Below are positions 20,685-29,049 of a DNA stretch of 64,000 bases, one piece after another. The stretch lies in the NCBI GenBank assembly GCA_964582465.1, contig CAZOQX010000001.1, positions 89,214 to 153,213 on the forward strand. Reading direction: 5' to 3'. Each line of letters opens with the position of its first letter. Position 1 is the first letter of the stretch. The translations under genes and the position numbers were made by a program. Source of the DNA: an uncultured Candidatus Saccharibacteria bacterium. GTDB taxonomy: Bacteria > Patescibacteriota > Saccharimonadia > UBA4664 > CAZOQX01. The notes beneath the pieces are model-generated. The model searched no databases. It had not been told where the DNA came from and was given only the letters and a program-made list of their open reading frames with translations.

Positions 20685-22834
20685 TAGTTCGCCCCCGTTC
20701 TGGTTGAAGATAAGGTGCGGGTGGCAGAAGCAGATCTGGTGGTGGCGGAGGTGTGGTTAATAGCAGAAGGTCTAATCGTGCTCGATGTGATGCCCGAGGT
20801 GTTCGATAGCGTGCCGTGATAGGCCAAGACTGGTGTGCGGGTACCGGTGACGGTGATGTCAGTAATGGAATTGTAGCTAGAGCTCCAGGTGCCGGAAGTG
20901 CCAAGAGCGACGGTGGCGGCCGAGCCACCGGTGACAGCATTGACGGTAATGGGATTGGCGGGGGTGCCCAGTGTAACTATCGAGCCTGTGATCGTTTTGG
21001 TTTGACCAGACTTAAACTGCAGCGTCTTAGGACCACCCTGGATAAAGATATTGGCAATTGTTGGTGAGCTATCGAAGAATATGACCGCACCGGTACCACC
21101 GCCGGCAATATATATATTGCCATAGATTGCAGTACCCAGGCTAAGGGTTTTCGACGTGGCCGAAACATCCGACACATAAATGCTAGCTAAGGCTGCACTA
21201 ACCGTAATACCAGAAGTAGCTACATTCCAGATTGTGCCATTACCGGTAATCATCCATTTGCCCGTGCCCATATTGAGAGTGCGGGTGTCAGTGGTAGTTG
21301 AAGTGAAACTCCCGCACCTCACATTAAACCCATTAGCATCGAAGGTGCCGTTACTTAAAGTTATCCCGCCCGACGCGCCAGTATCAATCGAGTAGTTATC
21401 CTGAAGGGTATAACTGCCGCCTGGCGCCAGGAAATTCCAAGCTTCGGGGAAACGCTTACCGCCCGATGTGATAGTCTGGGCGCCGCGACCCCGAAAGTTG
21501 CTGGAAAAGTTGCCGCTAATGCTGAAATTATTGGTCGCTATCAGGTTACCGAAGATATTGGCACCAATCGTAAAGCTAATGGTGCCAGTAAAGCCCGTGA
21601 AATTGATATCCTTCCCCCAACGCGGCATGTCAGCTGTGATGGTACCGGACGCGCTACCGTTGATGATCACATTATCTTGAGGTAATGGCACGCGGCTAGT
21701 CCAGTTACCGGCTGTCGACCAGCTGCCACCGGCGCCAGAACGTGTTTGCGTAGCCGGTGTATCGAATGTGATGTTGGAATTGCCTTGACCATCTCCCAGC
21801 GAGGTTCCGGTCCAGGCGGCATTCCCGGGCAACCCCGCCCCGGTAGTATCTATAAAATCGAGGTTTGTCAGCGAAATGGCGGCGGCGGTAAGCGTACGAC
21901 TAGTCCCAACGGTGCTAGATTGAACCAATAGACGGTTGGTAGTGGAATTACCAGCCAGGGTCAGGGTATTGGTGACGGTCAGGTTGGATAGTATGTTCAA
22001 AACTTCGGTTTTGGCTGCGATTGAAGACGTAAAAGTGAAGTTAGCACAGGTGGTTGTGCCAGCATTGGTAGAACCAAGCGACATGGTTTGAACCACCGTA
22101 GGGGCATATACAATGTTATTATAAGTCGCCACACCACCGGCAAATGCACCGGTGCTGCCGGTTAAAGTGATGGTTGAGCCGCCCGCATTCAGAGTAAGAC
22201 CAGTAGTAGTGGCTGTAGTCCAGGACGTGCCTGTACCAGTAATCGTTATGTTCGAGTTGCCAAGCGTTAAACTTCTAGTGTTTGAGTTATTGGAGTTAAA
22301 TAGTCCCCACGAGCAGGTTTGCCCATTGGTATCGAGAGTACCTTGGTTGTGCGTAACTGTCCCGCCAGTGCCCATATTGAGTGCTCCCGTCAGCTGGTAA
22401 TTACCGGTTGTATTACCGGACCCAAAAGTGACAATGTTGGACATAGTTTTTCCCTTACAATCAACCGCCTGCTGAGTGGCTGAGGTTGATCTAAGTAAGA
22501 GTTGGGCTGACTTATTCGTGCCCAGTGTATACGTCATACCGGTGGAGAATTTAAATGCGACGTTTCCGGCCCCGGCTGTGCCATCTCCAACATTAAGAAG
22601 AGTTGAGTCATTATGGGTTAGGATTCCACCGTAGTCGCCTGTGCCAGCAGTGCAGTCGACCGAGCGGCAGACGGAGTTAACGTCAATCGTGACGTTCCCA
22701 CTGCCCGTTTCGAAAATGACATCATCAGCTGCCGTCGGTGGCCCAGAGGAATCGCCGCCTGCAGATGAGACATTGCTCCAAGTACCGGCTGCACTCCAGT
22801 TACCACCAACCGCTTTGGCGTAGAGAGTGGCCAT
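20684..22834 (-). CDS. Array paralog 3 (type C1), 716 aa
   Basis: N-terminal region closely similar to paralog 6; RTGAN tail. Confidence 0.85.
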   Translation of the reverse strand: MATLYAKAVGGNWSAAGTWSNVSSAGGDSSGPPTAADDVIFETGSGNVTIDVNSVCRSVDCTAGTGDYGGILTHNDSTLLNVGDGTAGAGNVAFKFSTGMTYTLGTNKSAQLLLRSTSATQQAVDCKGKTMSNIVTFGSGNTTGNYQLTGALNMGTGGTVTHNQGTLDTNGQTCSWGLFNSNNSNTRSLTLGNSNITITGTGTSWTTATTTGLTLNAGGSTITLTGSTGAFAGGVATYNNIVYAPTVVQTMSLGSTNAGTTTCANFTFTSSIAAKTEVLNILSNLTVTNTLTLAGNSTTNRLLVQSSTVGTSRTLTAAAISLTNLDFIDTTGAGLPGNAAWTGTSLGDGQGNSNITFDTPATQTRSGAGGSWSTAGNWTSRVPLPQDNVIINGSASGTITADMPRWGKDINFTGFTGTISFTIGANIFGNLIATNNFSISGNFSSNFRGRGAQTITSGGKRFPEAWNFLAPGGSYTLQDNYSIDTGASGGITLSNGTFDANGFNVRCGSFTSTTTDTRTLNMGTGKWMITGNGTIWNVATSGITVSAALASIYVSDVSATSKTLSLGTAIYGNIYIAGGGTGAVIFFDSSPTIANIFIQGGPKTLQFKSGQTKTITGSIVTLGTPANPITVNAVTGGSAATVALGTSGTWSSSYNSITDITVTGTRTPVLAYHGTLSNTSGITSSTIRPSAINHTSATTRSASATRTLSSTRTGAN

Positions 22835-25800
22835 CAGCTGGCCCCCGTTCTAGTTGAGGATAAAGTGCGGGGGGCTGAAAGAGATCGGGTAGAAGCAGAA
22901 CTATGTGGAGTGGCAGAGGGTCGTTTGGTAGTAAAGTCAAAGCCGGTGTTGCCGGAAACATTAGTACCGTGATAAGCGAGGACGGGGGTACGGGTACCGG
23001 TCACAGTGATGTCTTGAATTGAGTTATATGAGGATACCCAGGTACCGGAGGTGCCGAGGGCGATGGTGGCGGGGGTACCCGAAACTGTCGAGTAAATATG
23101 GGTGCGTTGTGAATCCAGCCCCCAACGATTAGCCAGATAATATTCTATTGAACTTAAGTTTGGTATGGTTAAGGCCTGGTTGTAGATTAAAACCTCAAAA
23201 ATATCGCCTACAAAAAATTCAGAATCGTTATTTCTGGCCCCAATTCTGCCAGAGGTAAAGGTAGCGGTGTTATTGACCATTGCGACTGGGTTTGTTACTT
23301 GAGCCCCATCTTTTCTTGAGAAGCCAGAGTCTGCTGCCCAGTAAGAAGTAAAAATATGGGGGTCAGTGTCCAGAGGAGTATAGCGATCGGTACGAGTTAC
23401 TCCGTCATCCCCAGCCCGTGTTTGACCAAATTGCGTCCCATTGGTGATTGCAAACAGATATATATTTGATACACCTCCTAATCCAATAATATCTTTGTTG
23501 CTCGCTGTATTTGTTGCCCTTGCCACTACAAACACAACACAAGGAACATCATTGCCAGCCATCGCAGCCACTAAACCTGCGGGCATAACCATATCATCAT
23601 TCACCCCATCAAAGCGCATTGAGGCCATCCCATTCATAACATTAGTCGTGTAGGTTGGTCTGGCTGTGCCAGATTGGGTAACATCAAAGCCATTACCCGA
23701 TTGATCTTGCCAGGTTGATACGGGGTCACCATTTGACCCTGAGTATTGATCGGCTTTAAGCCATAGTTTGCATCCTGCAATTGAGGTTGGAACTATGATT
23801 GCAGGGTTGGTTGAGCCCGGGCCAATGGTTGTGATCGATTGATTAACCGTCGTAACCTGCGATACAGGAAAGATCAAAGTCTTTTGTCCTTGTCCACTGA
23901 CAATAATCTTATTGAACGTGTTCGCCCCGGTAAAAGACAGTGCTTGGGGAGTATCTTGGGCATATCTCAGGATATTGTAGCTCCAGCCACCGCCCGCAAA
24001 GGTCTTATCTACTATGCCCTGACCCGTCAGGCTGATGGTAGAGGTTCCCGAATTAAGTGAAACCATTGTTGTCGCAGCAGTCCAGACCGTACCTGTACTG
24101 TTCACTGTCCATATACCCGCCCCCATGGTGATGGCTGTCTGTCCCTGAAAAGTAATAGTCGTCGCTTTAACGTTATGATTGTTGGCTGAGAAAGTTGTCC
24201 CGACGGCAATCACTAAATTACGGTTTATCCCCATGTCAAAATCATCTTGGAGGGTATAGTTGCCGCCTGGAGCTGCAATTGTGGTAGTGGCTGTCCCTGC
24301 CATCGCGTGACCCGCCATCGTTATGGTATAAGTTCCTCTGCCTTGGAGTTGAAGATTTATTCCCGTCCCAAAGGCGGTTCCAACACCAGCCCCCAAGGTA
24401 AGACTTCCATATAAGATAGGGGCACCAGTCAGGCTTAGGGTTGGAGAGCCCGTTGCCCCGCTAAAATCAAGACTCTTGCCCAATCGAGGCATATCCATGG
24501 TCACGCTTCGCCCCGCCACAAAAGCATTATTTACAACTACGTTATCTTGAGGGAGCGGGACTCTAGTTGTCCAGCCATGAGTGCTCCAGGTGAAAGAGGC
24601 CGTCCCGGTGGCAGTTTGCGTAGCGGCAGGAGTAAAGGTCATCCCCCCATTGCCGCCAGCATCTCCCGACTTGCCTGTTATGGCCGAGAGATCAACTGGG
24701 GTGGTGGCCGTTCCTCCAACTACCCAAGTGGAGGCCGAGGAGTTTTGTTCAAACATCATCCCATCCACATAGAAGGTGGCGGCAACAGCGGCGTTGGTTG
24801 ATACGCCAAGCATTATGGCATTGCCTAGTGTTGGCGAAGGATTATGGCCTGACGTGAAGGAGACGGATAATCTATCCCATGTTCCTAAACCAGTTGCCGT
24901 ACCAGTTCCGGTGTAAACCGTTCCGTTATTACAGAAGTCACAAACAGCCACTCTGAGTGGGGTTCCGGCTGCTGCCTGAACGTAGGCTGAGAAGGTATAG
25001 GCGGTGTCAGACTGAGCATCGACTAGACCTTGGGCTTTGCCCATCACGTATTCCCACATCCCCTGCAAGCTCACACTTCCTGAAGTTGTCAGCTTCATAC
25101 AGTAAGTCCCTTGCCAAGGAGTAACTTCGGTACTTACCGCCCCGGTTAAGGCGATGTTAGAGGTTGAGTTATTAGAATTGAAGCTCCAGCTGCCGATAGA
25201 AAGAGTCTCAAAAGAGGAGTCGGCTACTCTCATGATGTTGCCTCCTGCCGTATAAGCCGAGTTTTTAAACATTAGAATGTCGGCAAAATCGACGTTGGAA
25301 GTAGTCAAGGTAGTACCGTAAGCAAGATATCGCATTGTCCCCACAGTGTTGCTTTGCACAATCAGGCGATTAGTAACGGAGTTGCCAGCCAGCGTCAGCG
25401 TACCGCTCACGTATATACCAGAGCCACCCAGCGCGACTGACCCCGTTAGAGTCGCTGGCCCATTGACGGTTAGATTCGCCAAGATAAACGATGCGGTACC
25501 CGCCAACGTTATAGCCGAGCCATTGAGCGTAAATGATGCGCCGTTCATATTGAGGGCATTGGAAACATTAAAACCACCAGCGGAAAGTGTCCACGTTGAT
25601 GTGTTTGCCGAGACTGTCAGTAAAGTAGCATTAACCAAAAACGCGGAATTGGACGAGGAGGTGAGGGTTATGGCACTAGCTCCGAGAGTAAGTACTGCCG
25701 TAGTAGAGAGGCTATGAGCGAAAGTGTTCCACGAACAGGTTTGCCCGTTGGTATCTAAAGTTCCAGCGCTCAAAGTAAGGTTTCGACATGTCACACCGGA

Positions 25801-26238
25801 TGAGAATTGCCAACTGGCACCAGCGCCATTAAATGTAACATCAGTTGATGCCCCTAAATTTTTAGCCACGAAATCAACGATCTGTTGGGTCGTAGAGGTA
25901 GATATAAAACTGATAGTAAGAGCCCCCACTGCCGTATAGGTCATACCTGCCGAGAACTTTAGGGCTACGTTCCCTGCGCCAGCCGTTGCATCCCCAATGC
26001 TCAAGACAAAGGCGTTATGGGTCAACGTTCCACCGTAGTTACCAGTTCCCGAAGTACAATCTAAAGAACGGCAGGCGGAAGTAGCATCGATCGTGACGTT
26101 GCCGCTTCCCAATTCAAAGATCACATTATCTGAGGCGGTTGGCGGCCCCGCACTGTCTGCCCCCCCAGATCCTGTTGCGGACCACGTACCCGCCGCAGAC
26201 CAGTTACCACCCGCGGCTTTGGCATAAAGTGTAGCCAT
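22834..26238 (-). CDS. Array paralog 2 (type B1), 1134 aa, with CBM-like insert and a second LamG-type insert
   Basis: CBM-like insert homologous to paralog 5; LWLKAD...W.DQSGNG...F.GDI.EVLIYN..L....YLA.RWG domain near the C-terminus. Confidence 0.85.
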   Translation of the reverse strand: MATLYAKAAGGNWSAAGTWSATGSGGADSAGPPTASDNVIFELGSGNVTIDATSACRSLDCTSGTGNYGGTLTHNAFVLSIGDATAGAGNVALKFSAGMTYTAVGALTISFISTSTTQQIVDFVAKNLGASTDVTFNGAGASWQFSSGVTCRNLTLSAGTLDTNGQTCSWNTFAHSLSTTAVLTLGASAITLTSSSNSAFLVNATLLTVSANTSTWTLSAGGFNVSNALNMNGASFTLNGSAITLAGTASFILANLTVNGPATLTGSVALGGSGIYVSGTLTLAGNSVTNRLIVQSNTVGTMRYLAYGTTLTTSNVDFADILMFKNSAYTAGGNIMRVADSSFETLSIGSWSFNSNNSTSNIALTGAVSTEVTPWQGTYCMKLTTSGSVSLQGMWEYVMGKAQGLVDAQSDTAYTFSAYVQAAAGTPLRVAVCDFCNNGTVYTGTGTATGLGTWDRLSVSFTSGHNPSPTLGNAIMLGVSTNAAVAATFYVDGMMFEQNSSASTWVVGGTATTPVDLSAITGKSGDAGGNGGMTFTPAATQTATGTASFTWSTHGWTTRVPLPQDNVVVNNAFVAGRSVTMDMPRLGKSLDFSGATGSPTLSLTGAPILYGSLTLGAGVGTAFGTGINLQLQGRGTYTITMAGHAMAGTATTTIAAPGGNYTLQDDFDMGINRNLVIAVGTTFSANNHNVKATTITFQGQTAITMGAGIWTVNSTGTVWTAATTMVSLNSGTSTISLTGQGIVDKTFAGGGWSYNILRYAQDTPQALSFTGANTFNKIIVSGQGQKTLIFPVSQVTTVNQSITTIGPGSTNPAIIVPTSIAGCKLWLKADQYSGSNGDPVSTWQDQSGNGFDVTQSGTARPTYTTNVMNGMASMRFDGVNDDMVMPAGLVAAMAGNDVPCVVFVVARATNTASNKDIIGLGGVSNIYLFAITNGTQFGQTRAGDDGVTRTDRYTPLDTDPHIFTSYWAADSGFSRKDGAQVTNPVAMVNNTATFTSGRIGARNNDSEFFVGDIFEVLIYNQALTIPNLSSIEYYLANRWGLDSQRTHIYSTVSGTPATIALGTSGTWVSSYNSIQDITVTGTRTPVLAYHGTNVSGNTGFDFTTKRPSATPHSSASTRSLSAPRTLSSTRTGAS

Positions 26239-29000
26239 TAGCTAGCTCCTGTTCTAGTTGAGGCTACCGTGCGGGTAACGGCCGTAGACCTTGTTGTGGC
26301 TGGGGTGTGTGGTATAGCGGATGGCCGGACGGTACTTGATGTAATACCAGTGGCGTTAGAAAGAGTGCCGTGGTAGGCCAACACGGGGATGCGAGTACCG
26401 GTGACAGTACAATCGGTAATGGAGTTGAAAGCCGAGGACCAAGTGCCAGAAGTGCCGAGACCGACAGTGTATCCCTGTCCGGGAGTGCTCGAATTGAAGG
26501 TAATAGCCTTTGTTGAAGTCCCTAAACTTATGATGTTTGATACGTTAGTAGTGCTTCCTGCGAATGTAGTAACAGTTGTTCCTGCTGGGATATAGATATT
26601 GTGAAAATTTCTACCGGGTGCACCCGTAGAAGTTCCAAAATTGATAACACCAGTTCCTCCAGCAAATCTCAAGTCGTATAAGGTAAATGCTCCCAAGACA
26701 AGAGTCTTCTGAGTAGAGGTCGTGTTGGCAATGATGATTTCTGACGTTGATGGGTTAACCGTAAGATTAGTAACCCCAGAAACGGTAAAAACAGTTCCCG
26801 TTGCCGTTAGTATCAGCTTACCCGATCCCATATTAAAGACTGTTCCTGCTACTGTAGGGGATGAGGAGAAGCCACCACAAGTAAAGTTATGGTTGTTCAT
26901 ACTAAAAGTTCCTGAGTTAAATCCAGAAGCAGAGGCAGAGTTTGAGACAAAGTCATCCTGAAGGGTATACGAACCTGCTAGGGCGTTTATTGACAGTACA
27001 CCCGTCCAAGTTACCCCACTTGAAGTGATTGTGTGCGCACCACGGCCTCTTAATATCTGGCTTTGGCCACCCGAAAAAGTCATGCCCGATCTTAAGGTGA
27101 TACTCCCATAATAAGAGGGGCCGCCCGATACAACAGCGGCGCTTGACAAGGTAAACGCCACAGTTGACCCCGAGCAATCAACATTGGCGCCAATATGGTT
27201 CATTTCGATTGTGACAGTTTTACTGGCCGTTCCCATATTGATAAAGACGTTATCTTGAGGCAGCGGAATACGAGAAGTCCACGAAGTTACAGCTGACCAG
27301 TTGGCGCTGGTTTTATTTATAGATACGGTAGCGGCATTGGCTGAGGATTCAGTAAACGAGAGGGCGTCTACAGATTGAGCCGTAAAGTCAGCATTAAAAA
27401 CGGGTGTCCCCGCCCCTGATCCTAAGGCTGAGCCATAGATTTTAGCATTGTAAACATTCCCTTTCAAAAGAGCATTCGTGCCGGCTGTATTAGAGCCAAC
27501 CTCCAAAATGCTAGTAGTATCTGCGATAGTAGCTACCCCCACCGTTGTAATTGTCGTCCCAAGCTGAGTCCATGTAGAGCCGTCATCTGACATATAAAAA
27601 TTACAGACTCTGTGTCCAGCACCGTCGTTTAACGTTAGCGAGCCTCGTAACCATTTAGTGGAGCCATCTGCCAGGCCAGTCGCGACACTTGATATATTAT
27701 TTAGAAAGTTAGTCCCATCGGCTGATGTTCTCATTTGGAGTGTCCCCGCAACCAGAACTTCCAAGCCATAAGCGAACTGACCAGAAACTGCTACCTTAGC
27801 AACGGTCTCGTTATTTGCTGCCGGTGTCCAGTCGTCCAGTGATACTTTGACGTCTATTGTAATATCAGTTGTTATCGATAGAGCTGCTGAGTCGGGAGCC
27901 GAAACATAACCACCCGACACACCATTTAACCTCAAGCTTGTACCCGTTAGTTGGGCTTGCCCATAGTATTGGGTAACTGGCGAAGGGAAAGTGATGCCGG
28001 AATTTCCTAGGCAATCTCCGAGCAAAGTTCCGGTTAAACTGCCCGCAGAACCAGTGATGATAATATCCATAAAATCAACATACTGGTGGGCACCGTGTGA
28101 GCCATTGACGGTAATGGTTGTAGTTTGGCCAGCAGTACCAGAAAAAACAAGAACTCGGTTTATGGCAGAGTTGCCACTTAATGTAAACGTGCCCGTGACG
28201 GTAATTGCCCCTGTAATTTGAAGACCAAACCCTTTATTGACCGGGCCAGTGTAGGTGAAATTTGTGATGGTTGGGCCAGATGAGACGGTTTGGGTGGCAT
28301 TGGCTAATCCGAAAGAGACAGTGCCATAAGTCATACCCGCCCCGCCCGAAAAGACATTGGAGCCATTTCCGTTTAAGTTAATGGTTGAAGAGGCGGCAGA
28401 CAGCGTAAGGTTTCCTACATTTGTCATCGACCAACTGCCTGAGCTGTTGTTTAGCAAAATCGTGGAAGTTCCGACAGTGATTGACCTGACGTCAGTTGTG
28501 GTTGACGTGAAGGACTTTAAGGTCATATTGAAGTTGGCGGTGTTGAAGGTTCCTTTGTTGACGTTAAAGGTCGTCGAAGAGATGAAGGCATCCTGGAGGG
28601 TAACCGTTCCGCCATTGGTTGACCCTGTAAAACCGATGGCGATAGGACAAGACCAGGTTTTTGTAGCCGTAGTTAAGGCACAGGTTCCGCCCGATGCTGC
28701 AATAGTAATAGTACCTGCATAGGTCATCGTCCCCATCGTGGAAGCCAAAGTTAAATCACCCCGTACTGTTAGATTGAAGGTCCCCGCGAATATGCCGGTA
28801 TAACCGGTGCCACCAGCAAAGGTGAGACTGGCACAGTCGGCGGCCTGGTTGACGGTTACGGTGCCGCCACCGGAAGAGCTATCAAAAGTTACAGGGTCAG
28901 TCGAAACTGGCACCGAAAAACCGCTAGAACCACCAGACGAATCCGACCAGTGAGCCGTATCGCTCCAGTTACCGGTACCGCCAACCCAAAAGCGCGCCAT
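26238..29000 (-). CDS. Array paralog 1 (type A1), 920 aa, with LamG-like insert
   Basis: MARFWVGGTGNW start; APDSAALSIT..ITIDVKVSLDDW insert; RTGAS tail. Confidence 0.85.
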   Translation of the reverse strand: MARFWVGGTGNWSDTAHWSDSSGGSSGFSVPVSTDPVTFDSSSGGGTVTVNQAADCASLTFAGGTGYTGIFAGTFNLTVRGDLTLASTMGTMTYAGTITIAASGGTCALTTATKTWSCPIAIGFTGSTNGGTVTLQDAFISSTTFNVNKGTFNTANFNMTLKSFTSTTTDVRSITVGTSTILLNNSSGSWSMTNVGNLTLSAASSTINLNGNGSNVFSGGAGMTYGTVSFGLANATQTVSSGPTITNFTYTGPVNKGFGLQITGAITVTGTFTLSGNSAINRVLVFSGTAGQTTTITVNGSHGAHQYVDFMDIIITGSAGSLTGTLLGDCLGNSGITFPSPVTQYYGQAQLTGTSLRLNGVSGGYVSAPDSAALSITTDITIDVKVSLDDWTPAANNETVAKVAVSGQFAYGLEVLVAGTLQMRTSADGTNFLNNISSVATGLADGSTKWLRGSLTLNDGAGHRVCNFYMSDDGSTWTQLGTTITTVGVATIADTTSILEVGSNTAGTNALLKGNVYNAKIYGSALGSGAGTPVFNADFTAQSVDALSFTESSANAATVSINKTSANWSAVTSWTSRIPLPQDNVFINMGTASKTVTIEMNHIGANVDCSGSTVAFTLSSAAVVSGGPSYYGSITLRSGMTFSGGQSQILRGRGAHTITSSGVTWTGVLSINALAGSYTLQDDFVSNSASASGFNSGTFSMNNHNFTCGGFSSSPTVAGTVFNMGSGKLILTATGTVFTVSGVTNLTVNPSTSEIIIANTTSTQKTLVLGAFTLYDLRFAGGTGVINFGTSTGAPGRNFHNIYIPAGTTVTTFAGSTTNVSNIISLGTSTKAITFNSSTPGQGYTVGLGTSGTWSSAFNSITDCTVTGTRIPVLAYHGTLSNATGITSSTVRPSAIPHTPATTRSTAVTRTVASTRTGAS

Positions 29001-29049
29001 TAGCTGGCTCCTGCTCTGGTGTTAGGTGACACCAAGGTAACCACGAGGC

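Larger units (their letters stand above)
12972..29017 (-). repeat. Seven copies of a ~20-nt gene-junction motif, consensus AGA ACG GGR GCY AGC TRA TGG
   Basis: Copies at the stop/start overlaps 29000, 26238, 22834, 20684, 18573, 15208 and 12974. Confidence 0.9.

Noticed and set aside
12974-29000. Many + strand ORFs (60-140 aa) opposite the array, and similar shadow ORFs across the window
   Set aside because: Antisense or alternate-frame shadows of well-supported genes; no RBS or motifs.
12974-29000. Ice-binding protein call from T-x-T motifs
   Set aside because: T-x-T is generic for beta-solenoids; no regular ice-nucleation or DUF3494 pattern was recognised.
12972-29017. Integron or CRISPR interpretation of the junction repeats
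   Set aside because: The repeats are coding, non-palindromic and kilobases apart; no integrase, attC structure or cas genes.
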